Source: Veleropilina oligotropha
Lineage: Eukaryota
Length of the DNA stretch: 64,000 nucleotides
Direction: 5' to 3'
NCBI GenBank assembly: GCA_048128005.1
Contig: JBEUKZ010000008.1
Coordinates: forward strand, 186,001 to 250,000
Below, one piece after another: positions 61,261 to 64,000 of this stretch. The notes below the pieces were generated by a model. That model had not been told where the DNA came from. It saw only the letters and a program-made list of their open reading frames with translations, and searched no databases. A program made the position numbers and the translations under genes. Position 1 is the first letter of the stretch, and the number at the start of each line of letters is the position of its first letter.

Positions 61261-62017
61261 CATATATAGTGAGTGGACACACTTTCACACACAGTTCCAA
61301 ACCTAATGAACTGAATTCAGATGTCCCATAATACCAGGAGATATAATTATGGCTTCCACAACAAAACTGACCACAGTCCAGATACTGCCCAACAAAGGCA
61401 CACTGGCCAGTATGTGTTGACCAAACAAAGCAGGTTTCAGCAAACATGGTGTGATTTATGGTCTGTATAGCTGGTAGATTATAGCTCTTTTGAGCTTTAC
61501 ACACCACCCACAACAGTCCCCATAAACAGCAGGAAATGATTGTTATGAAGTGCCAAGATGGACAGGGCGAAAGCAGCAACAGGCATGACACTAACAACCC
61601 ATGTCAAATGCAAAGTACATGCGCAGAAATACACACTTATAATGTACAATATTACACATGGTGAAGATCAAGTGCTTAGGAATGGGTACATATAAGAAGA
61701 AGACGTTTAGTGTAAAATAAATCTGTATATTTGTACATGTCTGTTTGATTGTCCAAGAATTTGGGATAGGCTTTGCAAATTAACTTTGCAAATAAATTTG
61801 ATAACTATGTCTGTTTATAGTACAGGTTGGATGAATGTGTATCCGAATGTTTGCAACTTATGAGTTACTGCCAATGTTACATTACCCTTCAGCTTAATTG
61901 TTACATAGATTTAATTTTTGTGGAGTGTGTTGTTCCAAACTTCGTGTGATATTTCTTGACGAATGATTGGTCCTGCTGTATTATTAGATCTCTCCATTTA
62001 GAAAGTCAATACATTTA

Positions 62018-62276
62018 CAGGGTTCTCCCCGAATTTGAAATTATAAGGCGGGGGAATTATGTCGCGGAGGGGACGCTTGTGATCGCGCATGTGCATGTGT
62101 GTATGCATGTATGTATTTATGCATGTATGTATGTATGTATGTATGCATGTATATGCATATATATATATATTAATTATATGACTTCAATGGGGTGAACATC
62201 TGGAATGGTGGTCATTTGTGGAAAGGTGGCGGGGATGGGCCATATGGTGGCGGGGAAGGGCCAGGGGAGAACCCTG
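62018..62276 (+). mobile_element. MITE, TIR CAGGGTTCTCCCC, 6-bp TSD CATTTA
   Basis: TSD at 62012-62017 and 62277-62282. Confidence 0.85.
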
Positions 62277-62534
62277 CATTTATCTGTTTATCAGTGATTA
62301 GCAGCTGGATCTAACCGACACAGAAGTCACCTTGATTCCTTCGCTGGGCATTTTCTTTACGGTAATTACCATTCACAGTGGTCCTTAACTGAGCGCTGCA
62401 AGTGATTTTCCTGTGCGAACAGCCTTTCGTGTCGTGATAATATGAAGGGTGCTAAAATGGAACTCAGCATTGATCTAAACAAAACTAATAATTCTTTTGA
62501 TTCTGTATTGGTTGTCACCTCTTGGCGTAAATTC

Positions 62535-62760
62535 CCCTTCCCTGATAGCCCAACTGGTTAGGGCGTCGGAAAAATGTTATGTGGGACGGTAGGATGTGGG
62601 TTCAAGCCCGCTCCGGCCTGGCATATTCTAAGGCTTAAAACTAATAGATGGCATAGCCCTAATGTATGTCGGTCAGATCGGAGTGAGACCTTGAACCGGG
62701 TGTCCCCGACTGCATTAAGGCTGACAAATTGCCAAAGGGGTCGTAAAACAAAGTTGTCAA
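62535..62760 (+). mobile_element. SINE family B with 14-bp TSD CTTGGCGTAAATTC
   Basis: TSD at 62521-62534 and 62761-62774. Confidence 0.9.
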
Positions 62761-63302
62761 CTTGGCGTAAATTCAATCTTTTAAATGACTTTATGTACAC
62801 AGTATCAATTGAGGTTAGTTATATATACATAACTTTGCCGTTGATCTCTAGATAACATCAATTTAAAAAAGCCAAATGGTGTGCATTAGCATGTGATTTT
62901 ATATCCCAAGTGTTGTTCTTTTAAAATGTTTGTTTCCATCATGTTTGTTATTTAAGAATTGCCAAGAGATTGCAAGTGATGGAGGAATCTAATTATACCG
63001 TATAAGCAAATGTAAGCATTTCGCAAAGGAAATACTCCAGATTTTACGAAGGTTCACATCAAGAGAATTTAGCTCAGACGTTCCGAGAGCAGACAGACTA
63101 ATGTGAACTGGTTCCTGGAGATGCCGATGGATTTGGGCTGCAGATGAACTTCAGATCTCTGCTATACACCATGTGGACAGCAAATTGCTGAGGATTTTTT
63201 TTCGATTTTGCTACATCATTTTTAAGTAGCTGTCTTGTAAATATTTTATAAATAGAGCAGTTGACTTTCATTACGTGTCTGATATAGATTGACGGCGGTA
63301 TG

Positions 63303-64000
63303 TTTTTATGCCACCACCAATTTATTGGGGTGGCATTTAGATTTACTCTTGTCCGTCCCGTCCGTCCGTCCCGTCCGTCCGTCCCGAAACCAGTATTTGC
63401 AAGTAAGCAACTCCAATCTGCTATAACTTCTATTTGCCTTCATGGATTGACTTCATACTTTGTACACTTGCTTATCATCATTCATCCTTCGCTTCTGCGA
63501 CCCATCCATGTCGCCGTATGGCCAAGGTCAAGGTCAAATGACTTAGCTCTTCAAACCAGTATTTGCGTGTAAGCAACTCCAATCTGCTATAACTTCTATT
63601 TGCCTTCATGGATTGACTTCATACTTTGTACACTTGCTTATCATCATTCATCCTTCGCTTCTGCGACCCATCCATGTCGCCGTATGGCCAAGGTCAAGGT
63701 CAAATGACTTAGCTCTTCAAACCAGTATTTGCGTGTAAGCAACTCCAATCTGCTATAACTTCTATTTGCCTTCATGGATTGACTTCATACTTTGTACACT
63801 TGCTTATCATCATTCATCCTTCGCTTCTGCGACCCATCCATGTCGCCGTATGGCCAAGGTCAAGGTCAAATGACTTAGCTCTTCAAACCAGTATTTGCGT
63901 GTAAGCAACTCCAATCTGCTATAACTTCTATTTGCCTTCATGGATTGACTTCATACTTTGTACACTTGCTTATCATCATTCATCCTTCGCTTCTGCGACC
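63303..64000 (+). mobile_element. Helentron-type non-autonomous element carrying a homogeneous 166-bp tandem array (runs off the window)
   Basis: TTTTTATGCCACC...GGTGGCAT stem, GTCC microsatellite, then units starting AAACCAGTATTTGC at 63387, 63553, 63719 and 63885. Confidence 0.8.

Noticed and set aside
62535..62625. tRNA gene (also similar heads at ~40600, ~60290 and ~52430)
   Set aside because: The tRNA-like heads continue into shared SINE bodies flanked by TSDs, and no complete cloverleaf is evident.

Overview
AT-rich, repeat-dense eukaryotic genomic DNA, most likely from an invertebrate animal; there is no sign of a prokaryotic origin. The first 12.3 kb is a visibly GC-rich, intronless, gene-dense endogenous Polinton-like dsDNA virus whose left part lies outside the window. 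It encodes a penton-like minor capsid protein (missed by the ORF track), a double-jelly-roll-type major capsid protein, several membrane-anchored proteins and an rve (DDE) integrase. It also carries an unusual ~1,270-codon replication gene that, once repaired, reads HeH/Rho-N - OTU-like protease - divergent PolB - SF1B helicase - His-Me (HNH-like) nuclease. The element ends in a Polinton-like (AGC)n terminus at 12323, where it interrupts a CR1-type LINE, and it is mildly decayed (stops, frameshifts, deletions). The remainder holds LINE remnants (CR1/L2-like, RTE), at least three tRNA-derived SINE families, MITEs, Helentron-type non-autonomous elements with internal satellite arrays, mini- and microsatellites and local duplications. 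Two probable exons of a host heparan-sulfate proteoglycan gene (syndecan/perlecan-like) are separated by ~24 kb. All protein assignments come from motif recognition by eye; no database searches were run.
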